Below, piece after piece: positions 1-13,783 of a stretch of 64,000 bases of DNA. The stretch spans positions 7,752,001-7,816,000 of the forward strand of contig OZ249436.1 in the NCBI GenBank assembly GCA_965235115.1. Direction: 5' to 3'. The first letter of the stretch is position 1. Each line of letters opens with the position of its first letter. The stretch is from Laetmonice hystrix. Its lineage: Eukaryota. The translations under genes and the position numbers were made by a program. A model generated the notes under the pieces. It was not told where the DNA came from, searched no databases, and saw nothing but the letters and a program-made list of their open reading frames with translations.

Positions 1-650
1 AATGTTTGTTACAAAGATTCTATGAGTTTTCATACATTTATTGATGGTAACGGTAAAGACGATTAATTAATGAGACATAATAGATTACGTAAACTTACCT
101 GACAGATTCTTACAACAGTTTAAAACATAAGTTTGACTTTGAAGACAATATGGCTTCCTTATATCCTGGTCTTGTTCTGTGTACTGTAGCAGTACCATCT
201 GTTGAGTTTAGGTGAAGTTATCTTGTAGCTTGTTGTTTATGGTAACGGTAAAGACATGGGTCTTTCAAAACTCCGGCCAAAGTATCCATGGCAGCAAAAT
301 TATGCAATAATCGCAAGAGAGTAATAAATATTCCTTTTCGTGAAGGCATAAGTAATTGTTATTATGGAAACAGAGATTATAGTTCCACCAATAAAGCCAA
401 TTGCGACATTGCAAAGGTTTTGTAATGGAGGTTCCACTTTTGCCAGGTAACGGTATGGACATTTTTGCCATGTTAATATCTGGCATTTGTGTTTGGTATA
501 GCAACGAACTATAAAACAATTTTCTTTTTAGTGGAAAAGTCATTTTTTATTAATTTCTCCCCCAAAAATTATGTTATGATGCTTCAGTTGACCAAAAAAG
601 GCATGGACACTTATTACTTATAATGTGCACACTTTGCTGAAAATGGCCCA

Positions 651-1548
651 TATCATTGGGACTTGTCTGCGACAATCTATGGCTCGTTATATCATTGGGA
701 CTTGTCTGCGACAATCTATGGCTCGTTATATCATTGGGACTTGTCTGCGACAATCTATGGCTCGTTATATCATTGGGACTTGTCTGCGACAATCTATGGC
801 TCGTTATATCATTGGGACTTGTCTGCGACAATCTATGGCTCGTTATATCATTGGGACTTGTCTGCGACAATCTATGGCTCGTTATATCATTGGGACTTGT
901 CTGCGACAATCTATGGCTCGTTATATCATTGGGACTTGTCTGCGACAATCTATGGCTCGTTATATCATTGGGACTTGTCTGCGACATCTATGGCTCGTTA
1001 TATCATTGGGACTTGTCTGCGACATCTATGGCTCGTTATATCATTGGGACTTGTCTGCGACATCTATGGCTCGTTATATCATTGGGACTTGTCTGCGACA
1101 TCTATGGCTCGTTATATCATTGGGACTTGTCTGCGACATCTATGGCTCGTTATATCATTGGGACTTGTCTGCGACATCTATGGCTCGTTATATCATTGGG
1201 ACTTGTCTGCGACAATCTATGGCTCGTTATATCATTATTGGGACTTGTCTGCGACATCTATGGCTCGTTATATCATTGGGACTTGTCTGCGACAATCTAT
1301 GGCTCGTTATATCATTGGGACTTGTCTGCGACATCTATGGCTCGTTATATCATTGGGACTTGTCTGCGACAATCTATGGCTCGTTATATCATTGGGACTT
1401 GTCTGCGACAATCTATGGCTCGTTATATCATTATTGGGACTTGTCTGCGACATCTATGGCTCGTTATATCATTGGGACTTGTCTGCGACATCTATGGCTC
1501 GTTATATCATTGGGACTTGTCTGCGACAATCTATGGCTCGTTATATCA
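651..1548. repeat. 39-bp minisatellite, ~23 copies (TATCATTGGGACTTGTCTGCGACAATCTATGGCTCGTTA)
   Basis: Directly visible tandem units, with 38-bp (GACATCT) and +3-nt (CATTATTGGG) variants. Explains the repetitive ORFs at 574-1576. Confidence 0.97.
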
Positions 1549-3119
1549 CTGTTCCATAATACTACAGACTGACTGATCATTTAGGATCAGAACTAAACTC
1601 TCTGGAGATATTCTGTACTGCTAATAACCGGATATATATGAAAATCATTCATTACATTCCGCCACATTCCGGTAAACACGTTTTGACGATGCCTTAATAA
1701 TAAGTGAGCCAGAATGATCAATACGCGCCCATTTGACATGAATTAGTATTTGCTAATGCGTTATCATATGAACTTGATAAAGCGAGATTAGGGCCTGGCT
1801 ATAAACACCTTGACTGATTCCAAACTGGACCACATCTTTCATATTTGCCGAAACAGTAAATCTTTCTAACATTCACACAATATAAACACATTTATCAGTA
1901 ACTTATCTGGATATGAACCTAGCCGCACACATGATCACTGAACATTATCAGACTGGAATGATTAATAATATTGTAATCTATTTTAACCATCTGGATAAAG
2001 GTTCTGGGCCCAGTTTGTAAAAACGTAAACTCCTGCTTAAGCTAAGCTTTAAGCTTAAAGGCCTGGATTCGTTACCACCAAGTAACGTTGACCTCTGCTG
2101 ACCCTGCTCCACTGGTTCAGGCCAGCAGTGGGCGGGGCTGCACTGAGCTAACCTACACACTGGCACCGGGACGGCTTTTATAATCGGGGTCGGTCTTTAA
2201 GCAAGATCTTCTTTTTTTTCTAGTTCCTGATTTGCTTGTCGCCTCACTGAGAAAGTTTCCTCCACTAGTCAAACTGAACCCCACCATACACAGTCTCCCC
2301 TCCTGTACCTCTCGCTCTTCATGAGGCGGAACCCTGTACATGTATTTTAAAAGCAAAATATCGGAGAGTTATAGGAATATTTGGACTAGATCTATACATA
2401 AGCATTTTACATACAATCTCCATACAAAATCGGCTGCTCTATAATATTACCTTACCTTGAATGTCAACAAGATACTAATCTACTACCGGTATATCATGGA
2501 TTTACTTGTGTGCCAACAAGCCAAGGCATGTATGCCGTTCATGCTTGTACCAAGAATGCTGTGAATGGAGGCCTATCTTGTATCATCTCCAGTCATCATG
2601 CGCCTCACCTAATCAGGTAAGTATAGCATCTGTCACTTAGAAAATACAGATCTGCCATATTCAGTACATCACATGATTATCAGGCTGGTTGGCTGCCTTC
2701 GACGCTACAAGTATAGCTCAGAAAAATTGTAACTTTTATATTCATCAGCATTTTGACACTGAGTGAAATGTATAGGAAATGATTTTCTAAATAGGAGTTT
2801 TATAGAATCCCTTAAATAATATAGGAAATCTGGGAGGCCTGATATCGTCGAGTCTGTAATGTCCTCGTCAGGTCACATAAGAAAAAACTTACAAACGTAC
2901 AGCACGTAAACAACTTGTTTAAAGTAGTGTTAACTATATAAGTAACGGGAACTAGAGAGTTCTCAGGGCAGTCAAGTTGGCAAGTCTCCATCCATTCACC
3001 GACCGCGTGTGTACATGTGTGTAGGTACTATGACTGGAGGCAGGTGGACTTACCTCTCTATCACCCCGCTATACTCAGTACAATAACCCGCGGTCCGACC
3101 TGGCTGGCTGTCTGGTTGT

Positions 3120-3320
3120 ATGTGGACCACTGTGAGGACTCACACTCACCCTTACACACCAGGTAAACTTGGACTGGTCTATAGCATGTGGACCAGTGTG
3201 AGGACTTACATACACACCGTTACACACCAGGTAAACTTGGACTGGTCTATAGTATGTGGACCAGTGTGAGGACTTACATACACACCGTTACACACCAGGT
3301 AAACTTTGACTGGTCTATAA
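3120..3320. repeat. 66-68-bp tandem repeat, 3 copies
   Basis: ATGTGGACCA...CACACCAGGTAAACTTGGACTGGTCTATAG starts at ~3120, 3186 and 3254. Confidence 0.9.
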
Positions 3321-6300
3321 TCGTAGGTCACGGTCAACTGCTGCCTCACGGCCAACGGCATTCCTACACTTCTCTCCTAACTACATTTTTGTATTACAGT
3401 TCAGTAAAGAATGACAGTTGCATTGTACCGAGTTACGCATTTGTTTTTTTTGTTTTGTTTTTTTTTTTTGGGGGGGGGGGGGGGGGTCAAACTCAGTTTT
3501 TTCTGTCACTTAGACAAGATCACCTGTGCCAACTTAGAGAAGTTTAAGTAGATCAGTATGCCAGATCGTCAGGGAAGCGTCTAGTTCCACCTGATTCAAG
3601 CTGACATTCAAAATAACCAGGAAGCTATAACACCTCACAGCAGAGCACCCATTGGCCCATGATCCTGCTGATTGTAGACCTTTTGTCCTACTTATTGTCA
3701 GATTTATACACGAATCTTTGATAGAAACCATGTCAAGGTATGCAACATGATCTCCACGTTGAAGGATTAGGTCAGGTGCCATGGTAAAAACTCTACCTCT
3801 GAAGGAGTCCGATAGTACTAGCCATACTACGCTGTATGTAAACACAAGTATTGGGTCCAGGCAAATTCGTGTCCTTTCATCAAGGTCAACGGTTGTGGTA
3901 CAGCTCTAGTTACTTCACAACTATTAAAGTTAATGAGTAGTGTCCAAGAAACTGCAGACAAAAGTCTTTCTCTAGCTTCCTCCAAATACTAGATTCATAA
4001 ATTTATCTTATTAATTTCACATCGAGATGTTAAAACAATCTTCATCGAAATATTAGAGCAATCTTTATCCTTTCAATATGACAGAACACTAGGTCATAAT
4101 GATAAGCGGAGAAAGAAATATTTGCATTGAGCAAAACTCGCAGGTTGGCGACATCATCCGTTGTCTGTCAGAAACAGTGCAGGTCAACAGATTAACGACA
4201 TTTCAAATAATCACAGTCATGCAGGCAATCCCCGCCCACCTTTGTTATTATTCATCACTACTAAAAACTGCGTTTATAACTCAGTATTCCATCTCCCTCA
4301 ATAACTGCCATTTGTTCAGGGGGGTTGAGAAATGTGTTAATACGGTACTGATCCCGCCACGGCGTCCGTCCCTTCCCGCCCTGCGCGGTCTTTAGGTGCA
4401 CGTTGTCGTGGGAAGATTTATAATTTATTAATCCCCACTATCTTCCTTCAGCCGGTGGTCAGTGGCCGGCTGGGGGTGGCCGGGGTGAGAATCAGGTCCT
4501 GTCTGTGAACCACTTCCCGAGTTACTCAACCCGGCTAATTCCACCCGGCCGCCGTCGGTTGGGTCCCAGTCGTGGCCTTGTGATGTTTGTTAACCTGTCT
4601 TGTCCTGATTTATTCACGAGCCATTTCAACTGATTTCCCCTGTGTGGTGTCAGAGCTAATACAAGTAGGCCTTTACCCTGAGAGAGTGGGGACAGAGATC
4701 TGAACGTGGGACCCGCCAAATACCACCAGCCTCGTGGACGTAAGTTGGTAATGAATGCAGAGTTTCAGATCCGTCACATGAACAATTTAAATCCGAGTCA
4801 GAAATCAATATCAGTCCCATTACAGTCATTACATGTGCTAATAAACGTTTTCATTTCACCTTTTGATACGAATGTTGTTCAGACAAGATTATTCAGAATG
4901 GAAATAGTCCATGCATGGAGACCGATTGGTCTCCATTCACAGACTACAAAATGATGTAGTACGAATGTGCAATTCAAGATCAATACTGGTTCAACTTTCT
5001 ACTTTATACCATACTGATATTGCCTTTTGGTGGAAACAAAATGTAATTGAGTACCCGCACTATTGCACTGTCTGGTTTAAACAAAATCAAGCACTTAGAG
5101 TCAGGAATGTCCCAAGGCATTCGGGGAGGGCCGTGCAGGTAGCATGCAGTCCAATTTAAGCTTGTACCGGGATCACCTAACTTGCAGTATAGTGTATGTA
5201 TTTGCACTTTATGTTGTCATGTTAAATATGCCTAAAGCTATCAGCATAGTGTGTATGGGTTCTTTGGTAAATACTAAAGTTGGTGTAATCGACTTTATTA
5301 TTATTGTTGAAGGAATGCATGAAAATAGTGACTACATTCTTAACATACCTGAAGTGCTTAACGTCACCTAGCTACCTAACAAATAGTACTCCGATACTCC
5401 GCCCTGTGTTAAAACTACTTCTTTTTTAAAACAGAAAATTACCGGTACATGAAAGCACCGCTGGGTCCCAAACACAGGGCCCCATAAAACCAAACTTTCC
5501 AATAAAGAGGACAATAATGGTTACCTTTAGGCTTTAGACCAAGAATTTAGCCTCATTTATATACTAAATTCATGTCCAAACACCATATGAAATGGAAGTG
5601 AAAGGCAAAGCCTTCACTTAGTTTTCTCAACTGCTCTGCGGCAATGAGCATATTGCATGCGACCGGCTGCTCCCTCAATCGACCAGAGACGTACTCAACT
5701 ACTAATCACCATTCACCACGTTCAAACTTGTCAAAATTGTCTGTAACAACTTTGATCCTTTCACCTAACACAAGGAATATTATGAGGGTTTCAATGGGGG
5801 ATGGCTTTCTGTACCAAGAATACCATAAACTATGGACAACACCCTTATTTTTAGAATCACAGCAGACCCCCCATACTGGCCTGTGAGCAAGCACGCAGTA
5901 ACACGCCCAGGGCCCCAGACGGCCGGGGACCTCTGTGGGGAACTCAAAAGTTTCTGGCCATTGGTGAGAACGGATCTCTTATTCCCAAACACAGCAATGA
6001 TGATGATAAACATGATACACGCGGATGTTGTGAACCCGTGAATATTCCTGACGAAAACAAACTCAACTCCTCACTGAGTCAGTCCCATGCTTCGTGAAAT
6101 CTACTGAGCTGACGATGGATACATTCAACTATGGAATAACTGGCAACAAGCCAACGGACAACTTATTGAGATACAATAAGTCTATATTGAAAGGACCTGG
6201 CTATCTTGTTTCTAACTTTACAGAAAACCTAGATAACAGTCATGTTCAAGCATGAAGCGTAAACAACGCTCCTGATCAAAGATTGAACATCTTAAGTCAA

Positions 6301-6410
6301 TCCCAGCTGTCTGATAACTTCACCATTCTTATAAATCATAACCAAGTGTCAACAGCACTGCTGGCAGCTTCAACTAATTATATTATGGCACAGAAACGAC
6401 CTAGGAGTAA

Positions 6411-6520
6411 TGTGATCACTACTTACTATGGTAATCTTGTTAAGTAGTGAGCCAAGGTTGGGTCGGCTGTGATCACTACTTACTATGGTAATCTTGTTAA
6501 GTAGTGAGCCACAGTTGGGA
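6411..6520. repeat. ~57-bp tandem duplication
   Basis: TGTGATCACTACTTACTATGGTAATCTTGTTAAGTAGTGAGCCA present twice. Confidence 0.9.
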
Positions 6521-7311
6521 TCGGGCAGGGGTAGACCTCAACAACCTGTCTGCTATCTCTCCATGTCACTCAATAACACGTCTCCAACTTTAGCAACAGC
6601 CTATTATAGTAACATAGGAGAAAAGTGTCACGAACTGAACCTCCCACCAGTGTGTCACTGAGCTGGCCCATAGCCGATGTCATACCTGGAGGGGCCCTCA
6701 AAACGACCCATCTCAAGCCTGCCTCATTGTCACACACCTACGCCCTTTTAAATTCCCCAATACAACTTGAGTGATTTTCACGTGAGTGTGACGTAGGCAA
6801 ACATTTGAAGATGTGACCTAAACCTCCGTGACTGCGTCTGCACAGATTGACGTCAAAGTACGTTAATTGGTTCCCCACCATGACTGAACACACCAGTTGA
6901 AAGACTTTTCATGGCAAAACTGCTATTTCTATAGGCCTAATGATGATTTCTGCTGTTGCCCCCACACATCTATGTCCCTGATTTAACTGCGGTCACATAA
7001 GTTTCTTAATATTTCATACATTATGTTGGATAAAACTGTACCTTGAGATTTTAAAATTTGTACATTGTAGGGTCTGTTGACAAAAACCTCCAGTATGAAT
7101 CCAGGGACAGGGTAACACTGGCCAGAAAGCCAACGTAACTTACAAAGTATGATCCAACTTAACTTTGGCCAATTGCAAGGATCTTAAATACCACAAAGTT
7201 GATGACCTATAACGCCTGGACTAGGCGAGTTAGATTTGGGGCTGGTAATAGTGATACATGTAGATTTTTACTTCCACCTCCAAACTTCATGGACATGTAT
7301 CTTACCGTAGG

Positions 7312-8771
7312 CAGGGATGAAAGTGGCCAGCTGTAAAATTTCCTGAAATTCTGACCGGGGGGGAGCGGCGGGGGCCAATGTCCATAATTAATATTTGTTC
7401 ATGCGCACATCCAAGGCTTACCCCCCCCCCCCCTTAAAAAAAGTCAGGCTAGGAACAGCAGACAATCATGATCCGATAAGGCCTCCTAGCTATTATATAT
7501 TATAGGGCCTAGCCCTCAGTATTTAGTCGCCACCCCCCCCCCCACCCCCACCCCCTCAACCCCCCACCCCTGCAAATTTGCTGGATAGACTCCATCACTC
7601 ATCAGTCCATGCCCCTGTTCAAGGCTGTTGCTTGCCTGTCACTCAGTCACAGTCAGTGCATGTCAACCTCTGCCTGGCTCTGCCGTCTCTCTCCAACATT
7701 GGAATCCAGTCGGCTTTTAGCGTCCAAAATGCAACCGATTACGTTGTCAAACAGCTTCCATGTGTTAGACCGACCACACAGGCTGTCCATCAGTCTTGAC
7801 CCTCAGCAGTCACGACCCTCAGCGGCTCTCAGCCAAGCAACACAGGCTTCGCTGAGTCGAGTGGTTCAGCCCGTGTGTCCATGTGCCACTCATGTTGTTG
7901 TGAAAATTGTCACTTCCGGTCTTATCAGGACACCTGCACTGATCGACAAATGTAATGAAAAGTCCTGACAACCCCAAAACTTCAGTGTAAACCACTTACG
8001 TAATGCCACTATCCTCAAATTTATATGCAAGAACACATTATGAGAACTTACTGACATATATACTAGGCAGATTCATAGAACTAAATTGACCCAGTTTCCT
8101 GTGAGGAGTGACATTGTGATGGTGCATAGTTCGTCAGCCTAATCACTATCACCAACGCCGGGACTAGACAGACCGGTCTGTCTATACTATAGTCTCGTTC
8201 ACTAAGTGAGCGCTCAGGCAAAACTCGCGCATGGATATGGCATAATGGCAAGCCTGAATCAACGGGCTTCGCAGCTGCCTGACCATCAATTTTGCCTGAA
8301 GTCATTACCTGAGGTGAGTCGCTCTCACCACAGCGACACGGGGCCGTGCCTGCCAGACGGGACAGACGCCACCGCGTGCCGGTAGAAGTCAGCCCACGCG
8401 GGCCGGTCTATGTGAGCGATGTCACCACAGCTACAGGGACCAGCACCCCCGGCAGACCGGCCTATGCACGGTGGCACCCGTGACACTGAACGGGTTTGAG
8501 ACACTCTAATATCCCCATCTATAAACGAACTTTGGCAGGTAGAGATATATTGAGCTGCATGGTGTTAAAAAACGTCCTGGAAGGGGATATTGTTTCATTT
8601 GATATTAATTGCCCACCACACAGTCCAGGGCAATACTTAGCCTTGGCTTAGGCCTACCTCTTTTGCCTATAGATCTAGGCCTATTTCCTTTTTTGGGTGT
8701 TATTTCTTGGGGGGGGGGGATTTTTTCAAATTTCCTGATTTCAGGAAATTTCCTGAAAACTTTCATCCCTG
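7312..8771. mobile_element. Non-autonomous hAT-like DNA transposon (~1.46 kb)
   Basis: TIR CAGGGATGAAAGT...ACTTTCATCCCTG; flanking direct repeat CGTAGG on both sides; subterminal TTTCCTGA motifs; no convincing transposase ORF. Confidence 0.7.
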
Positions 8772-8931
8772 CGTAGGGGATTGCTAAGTGTGTTACTGGG
8801 TAGCCCACCACCTTATCAATACAGAGTGTATTCCCCCCCCCCCCCCAAAAAAAAAATAAAAAATACTCAGAAAAACCTTCAGTAAATTCATCCAGACATT
8901 GCTAGACGATGGTTTCATGCTTTTAAATATT

Positions 8932-9290
8932 AACATCATGACCATATACAGCATGTCAGGCCTGTGTGAACATGGGCCAGTTTCATAAACCTGATTAAAA
9001 TTAACTTGTGCACAAAAATGCAAGGTTTCAACAGATCAGAGACCATGTTTTTTACTAGCCCCTCTTTTCACCAGACTGTAAAATGAGCCGCGAAACAAAG
9101 CGCAATGTGATTTGGGGGAGGGTGTGGGAGGGGGCCGTTATCTCATTCAGTCTAGTGGGCCAGTGCAGCCAATGCTTTCACTAGCCCGTCACAATTTCTA
9201 CTAGACTCAGGCTTCGGGCTGAAGTGCTCCAGACCACGAAACTGGCCCCTGTTCACACCGGCTTGACATGCTGTACATAATCATGATGTC
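8932..9290. mobile_element. MITE-like element with ~55-bp imperfect inverted arms
   Basis: ACATCATG...CAGCATGTCAGGCCTGTGTGAACATGGGCCAGTTTC matches the reverse complement of GAAACTGGCCCCTGTTCACACCGGCTTGACATGCTG...CATGATGT. The end GAAACTGGCCCCTG recurs at ~16698. Confidence 0.7.
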
Positions 9291-9430
9291 TGGATGCATT
9301 TGGTGTAAATAAAAGTTCCTTTCTGTTTCATTTCCCTGAGTGTACCAGACAAATAATTTGTTGTCACTGGGTGCGTTTCTCTGCACATCTTGTTTTAATA
9401 CTGTGTGTATTCCAAAAGACAAGGCCTGAT

Positions 9431-9788
9431 AAGGGGCCGTCGATTAATTATGTAATTATTTGCTATGCTGATCAAAGTCTGGGGTCCGTTCCACTAACGA
9501 AAGACGTCTTTGGCAAAGACGTCTTTGGAAAGACGTCTTTGCGGCGCCAATGTTAAAGAATAGGATCTTAGTGGAACAGCCGTCGCCGCAAAGACCTCTT
9601 TGGGCTCAGCGACCATCTCAAAGACGTCTTTCGGGCTTAGTGGAACGGACCCCAGATGCCCGGTGACCCCCCCCCCCCCTCGTACCGCTTTCAATGGAGC
9701 TTTATAATGGACCATAATGCATGGCCATACACCTGTCCACGCCCTGAGTGTTAGTAGGCCTACTGTTACGTAATTTATGGACAGCCCA
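9431..9788. mobile_element. MITE (GGGGCCGTC...TTTATGGACAGCCC family) containing a nested MITE
   Basis: Degenerate TIRs similar to the copy at 13265-13783; interrupted by the 9481-9653 element. Confidence 0.6.
9481..9653. mobile_element. MITE with TIR GGGGTCCGTTCCACTAA and internal AAAGACGTCTTT palindromes
   Basis: Perfect 17-bp TIR; a second, inverted and partly degenerate copy lies at ~14210-14373. Confidence 0.8.
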
Positions 9789-10346
9789 TGAAATGCAATT
9801 GTTTTCACAAATTTTTATGCATTTCATACATGTGTCATGCTAATTAAGTACCCCCGTACTTTACACCAGAATTAAACAATGAACCTGTATTGAGAGTGAT
9901 GTTTGCTATACTGCAGGACGTACAGCTAATATACCAATATTTACTCAACAATGACATTTATCAACTGACTATTAAGCTTTAACGTTAGTGATACAAAAGT
10001 TTTAGGTTCATTCTTCCCAACCTTGTCCGTCTTTATTTCACGCAAAAAAATATATATAAATTCCCTCCTGCTCCCCAATATTTCACACGAAAAAAATATA
10101 AAATATAATTAAAGTAGATCTACCCTCCCCCAAATATTTTCAAAAATGAGTCATGTAAAACAAGAAATTAATTTCAACTGGTCTTATAATGTCACGGTTT
10201 TTTGAATTGAAAAAAAAAGAACTATGCTCGGCCAACTGAAGGGCTCGCCAGTCGTTTCGGCCGCCTGCCAGTTCGGCCGCCCGTATATTGTAGTGACCAG
10301 CTTCACCGCGGGTCACTGCCGCGGTGCTACTGGTCACTCAATCGGC

Positions 10347-10550
10347 CGCCGCTCGAAATCGGCCGCCCGTAATAACCTACAGACGATCAGGCTTTGCACG
10401 CAGCACCCCCCGGCTCTGCCGTCGGAGCCGCCCGCGGGACTAAACTATCACTAACCCTAGGCCTAACCTTAACATTAACTCTTCTGGTCGGGTACGGCCG
10501 CCCGTAATTTACGTGCGGCCGACTTCGAGCGGCGGCCGATTTCGATATAG
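10347..10550. mobile_element. Dispersed repeat with TCGAAATCGGCCGCC...GGCGGCCGATTTCGA ends and a TAACCC-rich core
   Basis: Clearly homologous to 16880-17186. Confidence 0.75.
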
Positions 10551-11643
10551 GCCCCTACACCCTAACGTTAACCATACGGGCGGCCGAACCGGCAGGCGGC
10601 CGAAATGGACGGGGGGGGCATGTGCCTGTGAATGACTGTGTTCTTGTACTCGCTGCCGCCCTGTTCCCTGTTCCCTGGGCTGCGGACTGTCAGTGGCGCA
10701 TACACGGCAAGATACCCCTCAGACTCAGTCACTGTCGGCGTCGCGTCGCGTTGCACCCGAGGCGGAGCCAAGCCCGTGCACTGTCGTGACTGAGTCTGTC
10801 TGTGCAGAGCAGCGGTCCTCTTTACTTTAGTAGATTAGTTTAGCCGACGAGCTGTAACTATGTTTTCACAACTTGTTCATGCTCTTATCAAAATCACTGA
10901 GAAAATAAGTGATAAAACGCATGAGAGACTCACCTTTTCAAAATCAAAATTGCAGGCTTACTTAGTCCTAGGCACAACAATATCCCACTGTTCTGGCACG
11001 AGCATTCTCCAACCCCTGTCCCCGATGTTTTCATGTGACGTCACGGATAGGAAAGCTCTTCAAGTACCCCTGCATCAGTCAAATGCGGCCTTAGCACTGT
11101 TCCACGACTCATTCCATCTGCCGCCAGGGGGCTGGAAAGAGATCGTCACCGCACAACACCTATGCCCTATCATTGGCTCGCTGATCTATGACGTCATCTT
11201 TCCATATTAGGACAATTTCTGGAAATTTACTACATGCCGGGGAAGCCCCCGTAATCAAGAGGTGTACTTGGTGAGGCTTTCGGCTGCAGATGCTGACTCC
11301 TTCGCGGTAACCAAGTTACAAGGAGCTAGAAGAATGACTTTTGATATGGAGGTCGGAAAATCGGACCTCTAAGAGGGCGGCGGCAGCATGGGCGGGAACT
11401 TCTCCACATGCAGTCCAGACTGCTCCACATGGGTCGTGATCTGGGTCATGATGGGATGTTTACGAATACCGAAGGGGCTGACGGGACTTACAAGAATTCT
11501 TTTTTTCAAAGAGTACACGAATGTTTCACACAGATAGTGGGCTAACTCTATTTGCAAGTGTTTGGTAATAATATTGTACAGCTTGGAAGGAAAGGTTTGG
11601 AACATAGATTTTAGATCCGGTGGAAATTCTTACCGGATCGCAT

Positions 11644-12355
11644 TCTCTCCCAGGGTTCACCGCGCGGGCGGATTTCACCTCTGTGGACATCTAACAAAAT
11701 GCACAAAATTTGAACATTCGATGTTCCCACCAATATCATCTAGAAATTAGTATCAGTCATTTTTCTGTTTGTCCCCGACTTTACAGAACAATGACACACA
11801 TGTCATGCCATGGACCCTTTGCATGGAATTTTCACTGATAACTGAGGAACTCTATCTTCGGACGGGTATTACTGGGGTATGTAATAAGGTCAGTGAACAA
11901 GTCGTGTAAATACATTCGCCAGTTGTCAAGATTACGAGGGTACGAAATTGTAACGTCACAAACTTTGCAGATCTCCGGCGATGACAGTGCTTGGATTAAG
12001 AAAGGAGGGACCTTCCTAAACAATTCTAAGTTTGTGACATTGTTTGGTTCAATATTTTATCCCCTTATGTCACGTTTCGACGTCCGTCCTTGTGTATTTT
12101 AGGAGTTAGGGGCGTTTGAACTGCCGAAGCGAAGCACCGTCCGCCATTATATTTAGGGCCCGTTATGATCACATTCCATTGTGACCCATTGTGACGTAGC
12201 GCTATTGTGAATTGTTCCTGACGTCGCTGACATTGACAACGTGCTACACGTGCTCGTTGTTGCCCTGGTTATTGTCTAAAAAGATAGTCCCGGTTAGATG
12301 TCAACAGAGGTGAAATCCGCGCCATCGTCCCCGGCGCGGTGAACCCTGGGAGAGA
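11644..12355. mobile_element. ~710-bp element with ~50-bp TIRs
   Basis: TCTCTCCCAGGGTTCACCGCGC...GGATTTCACCTCTGTGGACATCTAAC (11644-11695) is the near reverse complement of 12293-12355. Confidence 0.7.
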
Positions 12356-13264
12356 TTGACCGGATCGTTGTGTGGTGACTGTCCTTACCGCACCACCCCT
12401 GGCCCCCTAGCGGTAGGGCAGGGAAACAGTCCTAATGCGGCCTCGGCAGACTGGGGTGCCCGTCTCTCAAATCATGTCTGGCGTATGCCAACAGAGGGCG
12501 TGATGATCAAAGTTGTAGCTCAGAGATTGTAGTAGCTAGTAGGCTAGGCAATGAACGATGTTTGTCTATCAGAGGTTGGACAAAAATGTTAACAAAGGTT
12601 TCTCACCTGAAATGGGTTTATCAGATGTACATAACACCACAAAAAATTCCCCACCCAAATCCTCCCATGGCAAACCCTCATTTTCGTGGTTATTAACTTG
12701 CCATTCTCCTCATGCAGTAAGGATAAAAGTAACCATAACGTCACCACAATGTGATTCTGACGTCACAATAGACAACAATGCACTCTGACTCAATTTGATT
12801 CTGACGTCACTATGACCAACAATGGACTCTGTCCCAATGTCATTCTGACGTCACAGACACAGGTCCCAGACTGTGCACAAGAATCGCCTACATGCTGATA
12901 TATATTTGTAAGGTGTCCTCAAGTCGTTGAACTGCTTACACATGGAAGGAAACTGTGTTAGTCCATCAACGGACCCACCAACGGCAAAGCCTGGGTCTGC
13001 GCACAGCGAGTGGACTGTTTCCGGTCTAGGAAACTGTAGGCCTAATTCACAAGGAGTGAAAGTCAGGATCTGTGCACGGTACTACACTATAAATATAATG
13101 TAACGTGGAGCTACTTTTCAAGCAAAATAACACAGCAAGAAATTATCCGGAGAGAGCACTTAGCCTAGTTTAGGTGTCATGGAGCTACTTTGGCGTGTAA
13201 AACTTAGCCTACTTTTGACTAAAACTGTTAAAGACAAAGTAATTAAGCCATAGGCCTATTCACC

Positions 13265-13783
13265 TAGGGGCCGTCCATAAATGACGCCATGGCCTAGGGG
13301 GGGGGGGAGGGGGGGATTCTATGACAAGGTATGACAAGGGGGGGGGGGGTCAGCTCATGTATGACGTCATGTCTTAATTTTTTAGTTTAGCCACTCTAGG
13401 TTAGGGGTTCTCAGGCCACTTGGTATTGAAGTCTCTATTTTAAAAGTAAAAATAATTAAAATAATCTCCTGTCTTGGAAATCTATAGTATTAAAATAGAT
13501 ATTAAAAATAAAGCAATCTACAGGTGGCATTCTGAGTGCCTAATGTGATGTTAAACATATATATTCTTACTATTCTGAAACACTTTTTTATGTAGGCCTA
13601 TCTGTAGACTGTAGGCTTCAAGTTCAAAGGGGGGAGGGGGGGGTACTGGACACATGACATCATTTTTTAGGGGGTGGGGGGGGGGTCTGGCACAGCATGA
13701 CGAAGCATGACATCGGCTGGAGGGGGGGGGGGGGGTCAAAAATGGCCCAAAAAAGCATGACGTCATTTATGGACAGCCCCCTA
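13265..13783. mobile_element. MITE nested in the 3-kb element
   Basis: TIR TAGGGGCCGTCCATAAATGACG...CGTCATTTATGGACAGCCCCCTA; internal poly-G tracts. Confidence 0.8.

Noticed and set aside
574..1576. ORFs of 137-315 aa in four frames; superficially CRISPR-like periodicity
   Set aside because: Pure tandem repeat with no unique spacers or cas genes; ORFs arise because the 39-bp unit lacks stops.
1978..6041. Short ORFs and isolated splice-like signals (e.g. 2153-2356 minus, 3534-3845 minus)
   Set aside because: No recognisable domain, and no phase-consistent exon chain could be built.
7609..7968. 119-aa ORF inside the hAT-like element, faintly like a transposase C-terminus
   Set aside because: Key motif (ERxFS) absent; resemblance too weak to call without a profile search.
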